Positions 6,660-14,561 are shown, counted from the first letter of the stretch. The stretch is DNA of 32,000 nucleotides from Erysipelotrichaceae bacterium (GCA_030604855.1 JAUVVC010000001.1:1-32000); one strand, 5' to 3'. Notes: a model not told the origin generated them from the letters alone. A program made the numbers and translations.

Positions 6660-8417
6660 ATGGAAAAACTAACTGAAGAACAGTCTAAGTTCATTGAAAT
6701 TGATGGTAATGTAGTGCTATGTGCTTGTCCTGGAAGTGGAAAAACATACATAATAGGAAAAAAAGTACTAAAATATTTGAAATGTTGGAACTTGAAGTAC
6801 AGTGGTGTTGCTATACTATCGTTTACAAATGTAGCGAGTAAAGAAATACAACGACAAATTGAAGAATTAGATGAAGCAAAATTATATGATTTAAATTTTC
6901 CGCATTTTAATGGAACCATAGATAGTTTCATTAATACGTTTATTTTTTTACGCTTTGGCTATTTAATGTATAAAGAAGTAGTTCAAAGACCAAAAATTAT
7001 TCATGATAACATAGGTGAAATAAACTTTCCTTATAGTGAATGTTATAAGAAACAATGTGCAAAGAATATAAATTGGTTTAAATGGAGTGGTGATCAACTT
7101 TTAAGGAATGGTAATATTATTAACTGTAATATAATAAACAAACCATGTATAGCTTACAAGAAACAAATGTTTAAAAATGGTTATGTAACTCAAGATGAAG
7201 TGCCAACTTTGGCATTAAGAATCTTAAAAAAATATCCACAAATAGCAATCGAAATAGCATATAGATTTCCAATAATTATAATTGATGAAGCTCAAGATAC
7301 CTCTCGAGAGCAACTGGAAATTTTTGAGATTATTGCTGATTGTGGAATAAACTCTGTGATTTTTGTTGGTGATCCAGATCAAGCAATTTATGAATGGAGA
7401 GATGCAACTCCAATGTATTTTTATGCAAAAATAAATGATAAGAATTGGCACCCATTATTTCTAACAGCGAATTTTAGGAGTTCCCAGAAAATATGTGATG
7501 CAACAATTAAGTTTTCGTCACATTTAATGAATAAAAGTATTAAGTCATTAGCAAAGTATGCTGATTTCGGTATAAAACCAGTACTTCTTCAAGTTAATCA
7601 AGATAAATCTAAAGAAGATATTGTTGATTGGTTTAAACACTTTTGCATTAAAAATGGAGTTGATCCTGAAAGTAAAGATGTTGCTATTTTGACACGTAGT
7701 AGAATAAATTCAGAAAGTGATATTACCGATTTGTGGAAAACAAGTGAAACAAAATATTTTGCATATGCAACATATTTGTGGCATTCTGGGTTAAGAAAAG
7801 ATGCGTTCGTTCAATGTGAAATGGGATTATTCAATTTGATGATAGGTGATTCAAATGGTCTAACTAAAGTAGATATTATATTCGAAGTTAATAAAAAGTT
7901 GGATTATAAACTATGGAAACATTTAGTTATACAAGTACTAACATTATTACCAAATTCAGAAATTGCGATTAAAACATGGAGAATAAATTTAATTAAAATT
8001 CTAGATGATTTAGTAAGAAGAGACATTATTTTCTGTACTCAAAATCGAAAAATGCAAGATATTATAAAACTAAAATCGAGGATTAAAATCGATGAAAAAT
8101 ATAGTACTGAGTTTCTTGAGAAATCAATTCGATACTATTTTGAAAAAAAATCTTCGAATGGAACAATATATTCAACAGTTCATGGTGTTAAAGGTGAATC
8201 CTATGACGCAATTTTGCTTTTAATAAATAAACTGAAAGGTAATACTTTAACTTCATCAAAATTACTAAATGGTTCTCTTGATAGTGAGCAAATACGAATT
8301 GCTTACGTAGCTATGACAAGACCAAGAAAGTTACTTGTTGTTTCAATTCCAAAACTAAGCGGAAAGAATGATTTAACAAGATTTCCAAACGAATTATGGG
8401 ATTATATTGAGATTTGA
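6660..8417 (+). CDS. gajB: UvrD/PcrA/Rep-like superfamily-1 helicase, GajB-like
   Basis: Motif I CACPGSGKTY, II IIIDEAQDTS, III FVGDPDQAIYEWRDA, IV LTANFRSSQKI, V/VI STVHGVKGESYDAILLL and AYVAMTRPRKLLVVS. It starts 7 nt after the OLD gene stop. Confidence 0.85.
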   Translation: MEKLTEEQSKFIEIDGNVVLCACPGSGKTYIIGKKVLKYLKCWNLKYSGVAILSFTNVASKEIQRQIEELDEAKLYDLNFPHFNGTIDSFINTFIFLRFGYLMYKEVVQRPKIIHDNIGEINFPYSECYKKQCAKNINWFKWSGDQLLRNGNIINCNIINKPCIAYKKQMFKNGYVTQDEVPTLALRILKKYPQIAIEIAYRFPIIIIDEAQDTSREQLEIFEIIADCGINSVIFVGDPDQAIYEWRDATPMYFYAKINDKNWHPLFLTANFRSSQKICDATIKFSSHLMNKSIKSLAKYADFGIKPVLLQVNQDKSKEDIVDWFKHFCIKNGVDPESKDVAILTRSRINSESDITDLWKTSETKYFAYATYLWHSGLRKDAFVQCEMGLFNLMIGDSNGLTKVDIIFEVNKKLDYKLWKHLVIQVLTLLPNSEIAIKTWRINLIKILDDLVRRDIIFCTQNRKMQDIIKLKSRIKIDEKYSTEFLEKSIRYYFEKKSSNGTIYSTVHGVKGESYDAILLLINKLKGNTLTSSKLLNGSLDSEQIRIAYVAMTRPRKLLVVSIPKLSGKNDLTRFPNELWDYIEI

Positions 8418-8428
8418 GTTGAACAAAA

Positions 8429-8442
8429 GATAATATATTATC
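8429..8442. promoter_or_regulatory. Perfect 14-bp palindrome GATAATATATTATC in the 37-nt helicase/nuclease gap (possible operator or internal -10 region)
   Basis: The self-complementarity was read directly. It is AT-rich, so about one such palindrome could arise by chance in this island; only its placement is notable. Confidence 0.25.
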
Positions 8443-8454
8443 GAAAGGACAAAT

Positions 8455-9192
8455 ATGAAACTGACAAATATTGTACCGACAGATTGGAGAAATCTGCAAT
8501 TTTTAGTAAGTGAATACTTTAAACAAGCTGGATATAATACTGAAGTAACAAAAAAAATCCAAATAGCAAGGGGAAGTGTTGAAGTCGATGTATATGTTAA
8601 ATCTGAATTTGACATAGCTGAAGTGTTTATTGTTGAATGTAAATTTTGGGAGACAAATATCCCGCAAGAGAAGGTACATGCATTTAGAACTGTTGTATCT
8701 GATAGTGGGGCTTCATTAGGAATAATGATTACTAAAACGGGTTATCAATCGGGTGCAAAAGAAGCATCTACTCATACAAATGTTAAGTTGTTAACATGGG
8801 ATGAGTTCCTTGAAATAATTAAGGATAAATGGGTAAAAAAAAGAACTAAGTATTTTTTAAAATTAGTTGATAAGTTGGCATTATTTTCAAATAAGTACGA
8901 TGCACCAATTCAAAATTTAACTTTAATTGAGAAAAATCTATATCTTGAAACACTTGATGAATACTCTAAACCATTTCATATTTATGAACCGTTAGGAATG
9001 TATAGTAGTTTTGTTAAAGTTGAGGATATAATTAGTAAGAACAATCTAGATTTTGATAATTATGAAAGCTTCTTTGATTCAGCTGAAGAACAACTTAAAA
9101 GATCATTGAATTTTTATTTTGATTTATTTCATATTATTGAAAAGGATAGGGAACTACCTGAAAAAACATTGTATGATATGTTTAGTCTTTAG
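8455..9192 (+). CDS. Mrr-type (Mrr_cat) PD-(D/E)xK restriction-endonuclease-fold protein with an uncharacterised helical C-terminal half
   Basis: WRNLQFLVSEYFKQAGY ... GSVEVDVYV ... FIVECKFW ... VHAFRTVV ... LGIMITKTGYQSGAKEA ... VKLLTWDEF follows the Mrr catalytic-domain order (D ... ExK). SD is AAAGGA. The last 120 aa or so carry no motif I recognise. Confidence 0.75.
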   Translation: MKLTNIVPTDWRNLQFLVSEYFKQAGYNTEVTKKIQIARGSVEVDVYVKSEFDIAEVFIVECKFWETNIPQEKVHAFRTVVSDSGASLGIMITKTGYQSGAKEASTHTNVKLLTWDEFLEIIKDKWVKKRTKYFLKLVDKLALFSNKYDAPIQNLTLIEKNLYLETLDEYSKPFHIYEPLGMYSSFVKVEDIISKNNLDFDNYESFFDSAEEQLKRSLNFYFDLFHIIEKDRELPEKTLYDMFSL

Positions 9193-9372
9193 TGAAATAT
9201 GAATCCATTATGTTTTATTTATTTTGCATGTAATTTGCACGATTGATAACAATCCTGTAGATTTATGTACAATTTATGCTAAAATATGAGTAGAAAATTT
9301 AGATTTTAACAGTTTTATTCAATCCTATTCCATTAATAGTGTCGTCCGACCCGGGGCACCATTAAGTTAACA

Positions 9373-9397
9373 AACTCTTGAAAAAAGAGTTTTTTTA
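9373..9397 (+). terminator. Rho-independent terminator (first one downstream of the OLD/UvrD/Mrr cassette)
   Basis: Stem aactctt (9373-9379) pairs with aagagtt (9385-9391), loop gaaaa, followed by a T-run to 9396. Confidence 0.7.
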
Positions 9398-9441
9398 TGT
9401 TCAAAAAGGTGTATGATAATGGATGTTTAGAGGAAAGTACC

Positions 9442-10101
9442 ATGCACTATCAAAACCGAAAAGTATTCACCACCACATGGATCTCCATACAGACCTTTCT
9501 CGCTGGAGCGATCAATGTCTATGCTATTTTCATGTTGGAAAAAACGATATCCCATCATACAGGTTCAATTTCCAAGGCGGCGATTGCTTTGGCGAATGGG
9601 AACTGGTTATTGGCGTTTCATCTGGTGTCCTATCTTTCTTTGTTTTTCGTTGGCGCTTTCTTTTCAGGTTTGACAACGTATAAACGTAATCGAGGTGTTC
9701 GTCTATTACACAGTGTGTATCCCATTCTTTTCGGCTTTCTTATTGTGCTGGGTTCACTTTTGAAATTTCGATTGGAAGATTTACTTAGAATCATGGCTTT
9801 TGGCATGGGCTTGCAGAATGGGACTTATATCCGCTTCAACAACATGCAGATCCGTACGACCCACATGACCGGTTATTTGACCGATGCGGCTGTCAGTTTT
9901 GGTAAAGCACTGAGAGGATCCATTGAGGAGCGAAACAAGGCCCTATTCATCAGCTATTCAATCTTCATGTTCTTTATCGGTGGATTGTTTGGAGCGTGGA
10001 TGCAATTGAGTCTTCAAACCTGGGCTTTGATCATCATGGGGGTTTTGTATATCTTTGTAGGAGTACTGGTCTTCTTCTTTCATCCAAAACATTTCAATTG
10101 A
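9442..10101 (+). CDS. DUF1275 (YoaK-like) integral membrane protein
   Basis: The ATG at 9442 follows SD AGAGGA (the track start at 9397 abuts the terminator T-run and is unlikely). Multi-TM protein with FLAGAINVYAI ... HHTGSISKAA ... TTHMTGYLTD, typical of the family. Confidence 0.7.
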   Translation: MHYQNRKVFTTTWISIQTFLAGAINVYAIFMLEKTISHHTGSISKAAIALANGNWLLAFHLVSYLSLFFVGAFFSGLTTYKRNRGVRLLHSVYPILFGFLIVLGSLLKFRLEDLLRIMAFGMGLQNGTYIRFNNMQIRTTHMTGYLTDAAVSFGKALRGSIEERNKALFISYSIFMFFIGGLFGAWMQLSLQTWALIIMGVLYIFVGVLVFFFHPKHFN

Positions 10102-10128
10102 AAACGCATCATGGAGATGCGTTTTCTT
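10101..10128. terminator. Bidirectional hairpin terminator between convergent genes
   Basis: aaaacgcatc (10101-10110) pairs with gatgcgtttt (10116-10125), loop atgga. It is flanked by an A-run and a T-run and overlaps the last codons of the amidase gene. Confidence 0.6.
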
Positions 10129-10900
10129 GACTGAAACATTTTACGATGCCCTTATATAAAGCGTGTGCAAGCTTGGTTTGATAATCACTGGATGATAATA
10201 AGCGATCTTCATCGGGGTTGGATAGAAAACCCAGTTCAACCGTCATGATCGGGACTTTTGACCAATTGAAACCCGTTTGATCGGTTCGAGTGATGACACC
10301 ACGATTCTTCATGCCGATTTCTTCTGTTAACGTCTTGAGAATGATTTCACCATAGATGCGACTGATATCTACGATATCAACCGCATAGCCAACGCTTCCA
10401 GGAACCAACATGGAAGCACCGTGAACATTGGAATCCTTGAAGGAATCCGAATGGATCCGTAACATCATATCGGCATTGTTATCATTCGCCAGATTTGCAC
10501 GATCGATATTGCTGGAAATCGTTTCATGATCGGTTCGTGTCATTATGACCCTAAACCCATCTGCCTCTAATAAATCGCGAAGCATCAGACTCACATTGAG
10601 ATTGATTTCACGCTCCAATGTGCCGGTCACAACACCTGTTGTCCCAACCCCATATTTCCTTTTCATGACTTCGGATCCAGGTGCTATGGGCTCCATGTCT
10701 AAGTTTACCCAAGGTCCGTGTCCGGGATCGATGACGATCACATGCGCTTTGGTTTCAACCGGGTTTATCTCAAGTTCAAGATTTTCGATCTTAGGCTGAT
10801 CAAGCTCAACAGTTTTTCGTAATGCACTAGAGTTTAAAGTAGCCCATCCTAATATGAGCATTGATAACAGTAATGTTAGTTCAAAGAATTTTTTAAGCAT
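10109..10900 (-). CDS. N-acetylmuramoyl-L-alanine amidase (Amidase_3 family), secreted or membrane-anchored
   Basis: VIVIDPGHG ... EREINLNVSLMLRDLLEADGFRVIMTR ... ADMMLRIHSDS ... VELGFLSNPDEDRLL. Start placed at MLKKFFELTLLL (hydrophobic signal/anchor) rather than the track's upstream Met. Confidence 0.85.
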   Translation of the reverse strand: MLKKFFELTLLLSMLILGWATLNSSALRKTVELDQPKIENLELEINPVETKAHVIVIDPGHGPWVNLDMEPIAPGSEVMKRKYGVGTTGVVTGTLEREINLNVSLMLRDLLEADGFRVIMTRTDHETISSNIDRANLANDNNADMMLRIHSDSFKDSNVHGASMLVPGSVGYAVDIVDISRIYGEIILKTLTEEIGMKNRGVITRTDQTGFNWSKVPIMTVELGFLSNPDEDRLLSSSDYQTKLAHALYKGIVKCFSQENASP

Positions 10901-10971
10901 TGGTATCCCCAAGAATAGTATGACACAAAATTGCGTTCCATATATCATTTATATTCAGACTAAAAATTAGA

Positions 10972-10997
10972 TAGAAAAGAGTCGATGTATCGACTCC
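10972..10997 (-). terminator. Rho-independent terminator downstream of the gltS-like gene
   Basis: gagtcgat (10979-10986) pairs with atcgactc (10989-10996). The minus-strand transcript continues with TTTTCT. It lies 17 nt after the stop. Confidence 0.5.
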
Positions 10998-11013
10998 AAA
11001 AATGAATGGTTCC

Positions 11014-12195
11014 TTAGCTCAATAAATTCATGAAGAATGTAATTACCAAGGGATTAAAAATATTTATGAATACAACCGTAATGACAGGGAGCACAAACCA
11101 TGCATTCGGTGCTGCTCCATGTTCTTCTATTACAGAAGCCATGTTCGCGATCGCATTCGGAGTCTGACCTAACCCGACACCACAATGTCCAGCGGCCATA
11201 ACCGCTGCATCATAGGATTTACCCATACTTCCAAAGGTGATGTAGTAAGCATAGACCATCATTACGATTGTTTGTGTGAGTAGGATGACAAGCATTGGTA
11301 TTGCTAAGCCAATTAATTTTGCGATATTCAATGACATTAAAGTCATGGATAAGAATAGATTCAATGCAACATTACTAACCAAATTCACTTCTTTTTCACG
11401 AATCTTGAAGTATCCAGCATCTGCCAAATTGCGTGCAACGGTACCACCAAACAAACAACCAACATAATAAGGGAAGGTTAAACCAGTTAAGCTGAGTAAG
11501 TAGGAAATGAAGGTTCCACCTGCGGCAGCGAGTAGTATCACCAAAATAGTGTTGAAGATATTACTTTCACTTGAGACGAGTTTATCACTTTCCTTTTCAA
11601 TGGTTTTGTCGTCTGCGAATTCACTTTTAAGTTTATATCTGTCAATTAAACGTTTCGCAACAGGTCCACCAACCAAACTACCTACGAATAATCCGAAAGT
11701 TGCAGCTGCTACACCGACGGTCGTAGCGGCTTCTGCACCAAGACTTTCAAAGGTCGGACCAAACGCAGCAGCTGATCCTACACCGCCAGACATAGAAATC
11801 GAACCCATTGATACACCTAAGAGTGGATTTAAACCGAATAGTGAAGCTAATCCAGCTCCGACACCATTTTGAATGAAGAGTAAGATGACAGCGACAACGG
11901 CTAATACTGCACCTTGTTTGCCACTCTTAAGGATGAGTTTGAAACTGACGCTGAAACCAATGGCTGTAAAGAAGATATTCATAAAGAAATCTTGAAGCAC
12001 ATTATCCATTTTAAGTGAGACATTAAACATTGAGAAAACGATGTAAGCTAAAGTACTGAAGATGATGCCGCCTATAACGGGAGCAGGAATGAAATACTTT
12101 TTGAATAGGGGTACTCTGTTTTTAATCAAACGGCCAAGACCAAAGACCAAAACGGCAATGCCAAGGGTTTGAACGATATCGAATGTAAGTGTCAT
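11014..12195 (-). CDS. gltS: Sodium/glutamate symporter family (GltS-type) transporter
   Basis: 393-aa polytopic protein. The N-terminus TLGIAVLVFGLGRLIKNRVPLFKKYFIPAPVIGGIIF and the glycine-rich re-entrant segments are typical of GltS. Confidence 0.8.
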   Translation of the reverse strand: MTLTFDIVQTLGIAVLVFGLGRLIKNRVPLFKKYFIPAPVIGGIIFSTLAYIVFSMFNVSLKMDNVLQDFFMNIFFTAIGFSVSFKLILKSGKQGAVLAVVAVILLFIQNGVGAGLASLFGLNPLLGVSMGSISMSGGVGSAAAFGPTFESLGAEAATTVGVAAATFGLFVGSLVGGPVAKRLIDRYKLKSEFADDKTIEKESDKLVSSESNIFNTILVILLAAAGGTFISYLLSLTGLTFPYYVGCLFGGTVARNLADAGYFKIREKEVNLVSNVALNLFLSMTLMSLNIAKLIGLAIPMLVILLTQTIVMMVYAYYITFGSMGKSYDAAVMAAGHCGVGLGQTPNAIANMASVIEEHGAAPNAWFVLPVITVVFINIFNPLVITFFMNLLS

Positions 12196-12884
12196 AGTTT
12201 TTCCTCTTTTGTAATCGTGCAGTCACTTTCGTGAAGTTTTTTATATGCCCAAGTGACATCAAGTAGTTCGCCTTGAGCAAGTTGATTCAATAATTTTTCT
12301 TCATAGTCTATAACAGTTTGGATCTTCTCAAGAATGCTTGGAGCATCCTGTGGTCGTATGAATACGACGCCATCTGCGTCACCCACGACAATGTCACCTG
12401 CATGGACTGCTTTTGATCCTATCGTTATTGGGTAGTTGATTTCGCCTGGGCCATTTTTGTAAGGTCCATTTGGAGATACAGCTTTTGCGTACACAGGGAA
12501 ATTCATTGTAGATATAACGTCGAAGTCACGAATTGCACCATCGATAATGATGCCACCCAACTTTTTATTTCGAGCGTTTTGAATCATGATTTCGCCCATC
12601 AATGCACGTTCTGTACAGCCATCTCCATCGATGACCAAAACATCACCTTCATGCGCCAAATCAATCGCAATATAAATCATTAAATTGTCTCCAGGAGCAA
12701 CTTTTACTGTTAGTGCAGGTCCTAGGATTTTTGCTTGATTGATTGGTTTGATCGATGAATGAACAGCAGCGTTTCGTTGCATGCAGTCGTCTAGATTTGC
12801 GACTTGCAAGTTGCGAAATGATTCAATCAGTTCGTTTGAGGGACGTTTAATCTCCTCGATAATGCGGTATCCTACAGTTGACAT
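12192..12884 (-). CDS. RraA-family protein (4-hydroxy-4-methyl-2-oxoglutarate aldolase / oxaloacetate decarboxylase-like)
   Basis: GDVLVIDGDGCTERALMGEIMIQNARNKKLGGIIIDGAIRD and GDIVVGDADGVVFI are signature blocks. Its stop overlaps the transporter start (ATGA, 12192-12195). Confidence 0.8.
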   Translation of the reverse strand: MSTVGYRIIEEIKRPSNELIESFRNLQVANLDDCMQRNAAVHSSIKPINQAKILGPALTVKVAPGDNLMIYIAIDLAHEGDVLVIDGDGCTERALMGEIMIQNARNKKLGGIIIDGAIRDFDVISTMNFPVYAKAVSPNGPYKNGPGEINYPITIGSKAVHAGDIVVGDADGVVFIRPQDAPSILEKIQTVIDYEEKLLNQLAQGELLDVTWAYKKLHESDCTITKEEKL

Positions 12885-13021
12885 AATCGATTTTCCTTAT
12901 CCTTTAACAAAGTTTTGTGCACATCTTTGATAACGCTTACAATTTAACATGGATTTTGGTATCTGAATAATAGATAATGTTTATATAATATATTAGAAAA
13001 ACCGATATATTGGAGGATACT

Positions 13022-13945
13022 ATGAATATTAATCAAATTGAAGCTTTTCTTGAAGTCGTAAGCTCAAAGAACATTTCTGAAGCAGCACGTAAGCTATATG
13101 TCTCCCAATCGACTGTTAGCCAACGAATTAAAGAACTAGAAGAAGAGCTTAAAATTACCCTATTCAATCGAGAACAGGGTAATCGAGAAGTGGAATTAAC
13201 AGCTTTAGGCCTAGACTTTCTTGTGATGGCAGAACAATGGTACTCAATGCTGAATGAAATGAGACAATTTAGATACAATCTTGATCGTTCGACAATTTCA
13301 ATCGGTAGTGTCGATATCGTTAATAATTATGGGTTCTCGAAGCTTTATCGTGATATCTTGATTCATGAACCTAATGTACATCTTAAAATCAATACACATC
13401 ATTCTTATGAGATACATGCTTTACTTGAAAATCATACGATTGATCTTGGTTTTGTCTTTAGCAAGACAAAGAATCGCAATCTTGATACTTTCCCAATCTA
13501 TTCAGAACGTATGTACTTAGTCTGCAATAAGTTAAGTAATTATTATGAAGGAATATTAGTCAAAGATCTAAGCCAGTCCAATGAAGTATATCTGAGATGG
13601 GGTCCAGAGTATTCCGATTGGCATGATTTATATTGGGACGCGAATAAAAGACCGCTTGTGACGGTGAATACAGGGAATTTACTAATTAATTATCTTTTAC
13701 ATGTGGAAAATACATGGACAATAGCACCCTTGTCTGTCATTGAGTCTTTTCAACATCTTGAAAACATTGTCTATTATGAAATAGAACCATCGCCACCGAA
13801 ACATGTATGTTATTTGCTGATGCATCATCTTCCTAAATACTCACACAGGAAAGGCATTGCACTATTTCGAAAATACTTGATTGAATTCTTGAAAACATGC
13901 AAGTGGATTGATGAGGTTTATCTGGAGAATTTTAACGAAAAGTGA
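13022..13945 (+). CDS. LysR-family transcriptional regulator, divergent from the RraA-like/GltS pair
   Basis: The ATG at 13022 lies 4 nt after GGAGGA. N-terminal HTH reads MNINQIEAFLEVVSSKNISEAARKLYVSQSTVSQRIKELEEEL, followed by a substrate-binding domain of about 200 aa. Confidence 0.9.
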   Translation: MNINQIEAFLEVVSSKNISEAARKLYVSQSTVSQRIKELEEELKITLFNREQGNREVELTALGLDFLVMAEQWYSMLNEMRQFRYNLDRSTISIGSVDIVNNYGFSKLYRDILIHEPNVHLKINTHHSYEIHALLENHTIDLGFVFSKTKNRNLDTFPIYSERMYLVCNKLSNYYEGILVKDLSQSNEVYLRWGPEYSDWHDLYWDANKRPLVTVNTGNLLINYLLHVENTWTIAPLSVIESFQHLENIVYYEIEPSPPKHVCYLLMHHLPKYSHRKGIALFRKYLIEFLKTCKWIDEVYLENFNEK

Positions 13946-14009
13946 TTGTACGGATGTATACTTAAGGAAAGTAGTAAATACTCACCTTAAGTGGCGAAAA
14001 GGAGTATTT

Positions 14010-14429
14010 ATGTTAAGTGAAATCAAACAAGGAATCTATGTCATACTTGGCAGTATCGTCTTGTTGGGTTTATCATTCATCGTTTATTTTGGTTTATTCA
14101 GGGTTTTTCAATTAATCTTGAATCCTGAAGGACGTTTTGGGTTTGTAGTGATACTACGGATTGGCTATGGAATCATTCTTGTATTACTTGCCTTCTTGAA
14201 TTATCGAAACAAAATGGCTGAATGGCTGAAGGCAAGCATTATGTCTGCAGGATTGGGTACTTTTTTGATTGGACTCTCAGTGAGTCTATACGAAACACCA
14301 ATCTTGGCCTATGGAGTGATTTTTATTACACTGAGTGCGACCACTTTTTATCTATATAGAACTCAACAAAAATGGTTTCATTATATTCCGATTGGAATGT
14401 CTCTACTTGCGATTTGGCTCTACATCTAA
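14010..14429 (+). CDS. Small integral membrane protein (4 predicted TM helices), function unknown
   Basis: The ATG at 14010 follows AAAGGAG. The track's longer N-terminus (13908) overlaps the LysR gene and lacks an SD. Confidence 0.55.
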   Translation: MLSEIKQGIYVILGSIVLLGLSFIVYFGLFRVFQLILNPEGRFGFVVILRIGYGIILVLLAFLNYRNKMAEWLKASIMSAGLGTFLIGLSVSLYETPILAYGVIFITLSATTFYLYRTQQKWFHYIPIGMSLLAIWLYI

Positions 14430-14480
14430 GTCGACTTTAGGGTCAAAATAGGGTATAATTAACGCATAAAAGAACCGTCT

Positions 14481-14533
14481 AAAAGAAAGGCTTTTGCACA
14501 ACACCTCGGTGTTCACCAAAAGCCTTTCTTTTT
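14481..14533 (+). terminator. Unusually long hairpin plus T-run (16-bp perfect outer stem, 3x3 internal loop, 5-bp inner stem with CUCG loop)
   Basis: aaaagaaaggcttttg (14481-14496) pairs perfectly with caaaagcctttctttt (14517-14532). Inner aacac/gtgtt pairs at 14500-14504 / 14509-14513. Confidence 0.65.
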
Positions 14534-14561
14534 GTATCTGGTTGAGGAAAGGAGGCTGTTT

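Noticed and set aside
5032-6931. Antisense ORFs inside the OLD and UvrD genes (5032-5412, 6494-6931; also 7224-7451, 8311-8615)
   Set aside because: They lie entirely within or across strongly supported plus-strand genes and are rich in Phe/Ile/Asn/Lys as expected from AT-rich antisense frames. They have no SD and no motifs.
9334-9361. Possible tRNA or tmRNA 3' end (sequence ends ...ggggcACCA)
   Set aside because: Folding it as T-arm plus acceptor fails. The would-be T-stem strands (taata / ccgac) do not pair and the loop (gtgtcgt) lacks the TTCRANY consensus. No 5' acceptor partner lies upstream in the AT-rich DNA. At most it is a fragment, so it is reported only as a border motif.
9423-9683. 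86-aa alternative-frame ORF and the 9397 start for the DUF1275 gene
   Set aside because: The alternative frame overlaps the TM-rich true frame. The 9397 ATG sits directly on the terminator T-run with no SD, while the 9442 ATG has AGAGGA at the proper spacing.
13908-14009. Long N-terminal extensions proposed by the ORF track (13908, 14532, 16305, 18669, 22676, 25858, 27572, 30596 starts)
   Set aside because: In each case an internal ATG is preceded by a clear AGGAGG-type SD at 4-9 nt, and the extension overlaps the upstream gene, a terminator or a promoter region. The shorter starts are used in the feature table.
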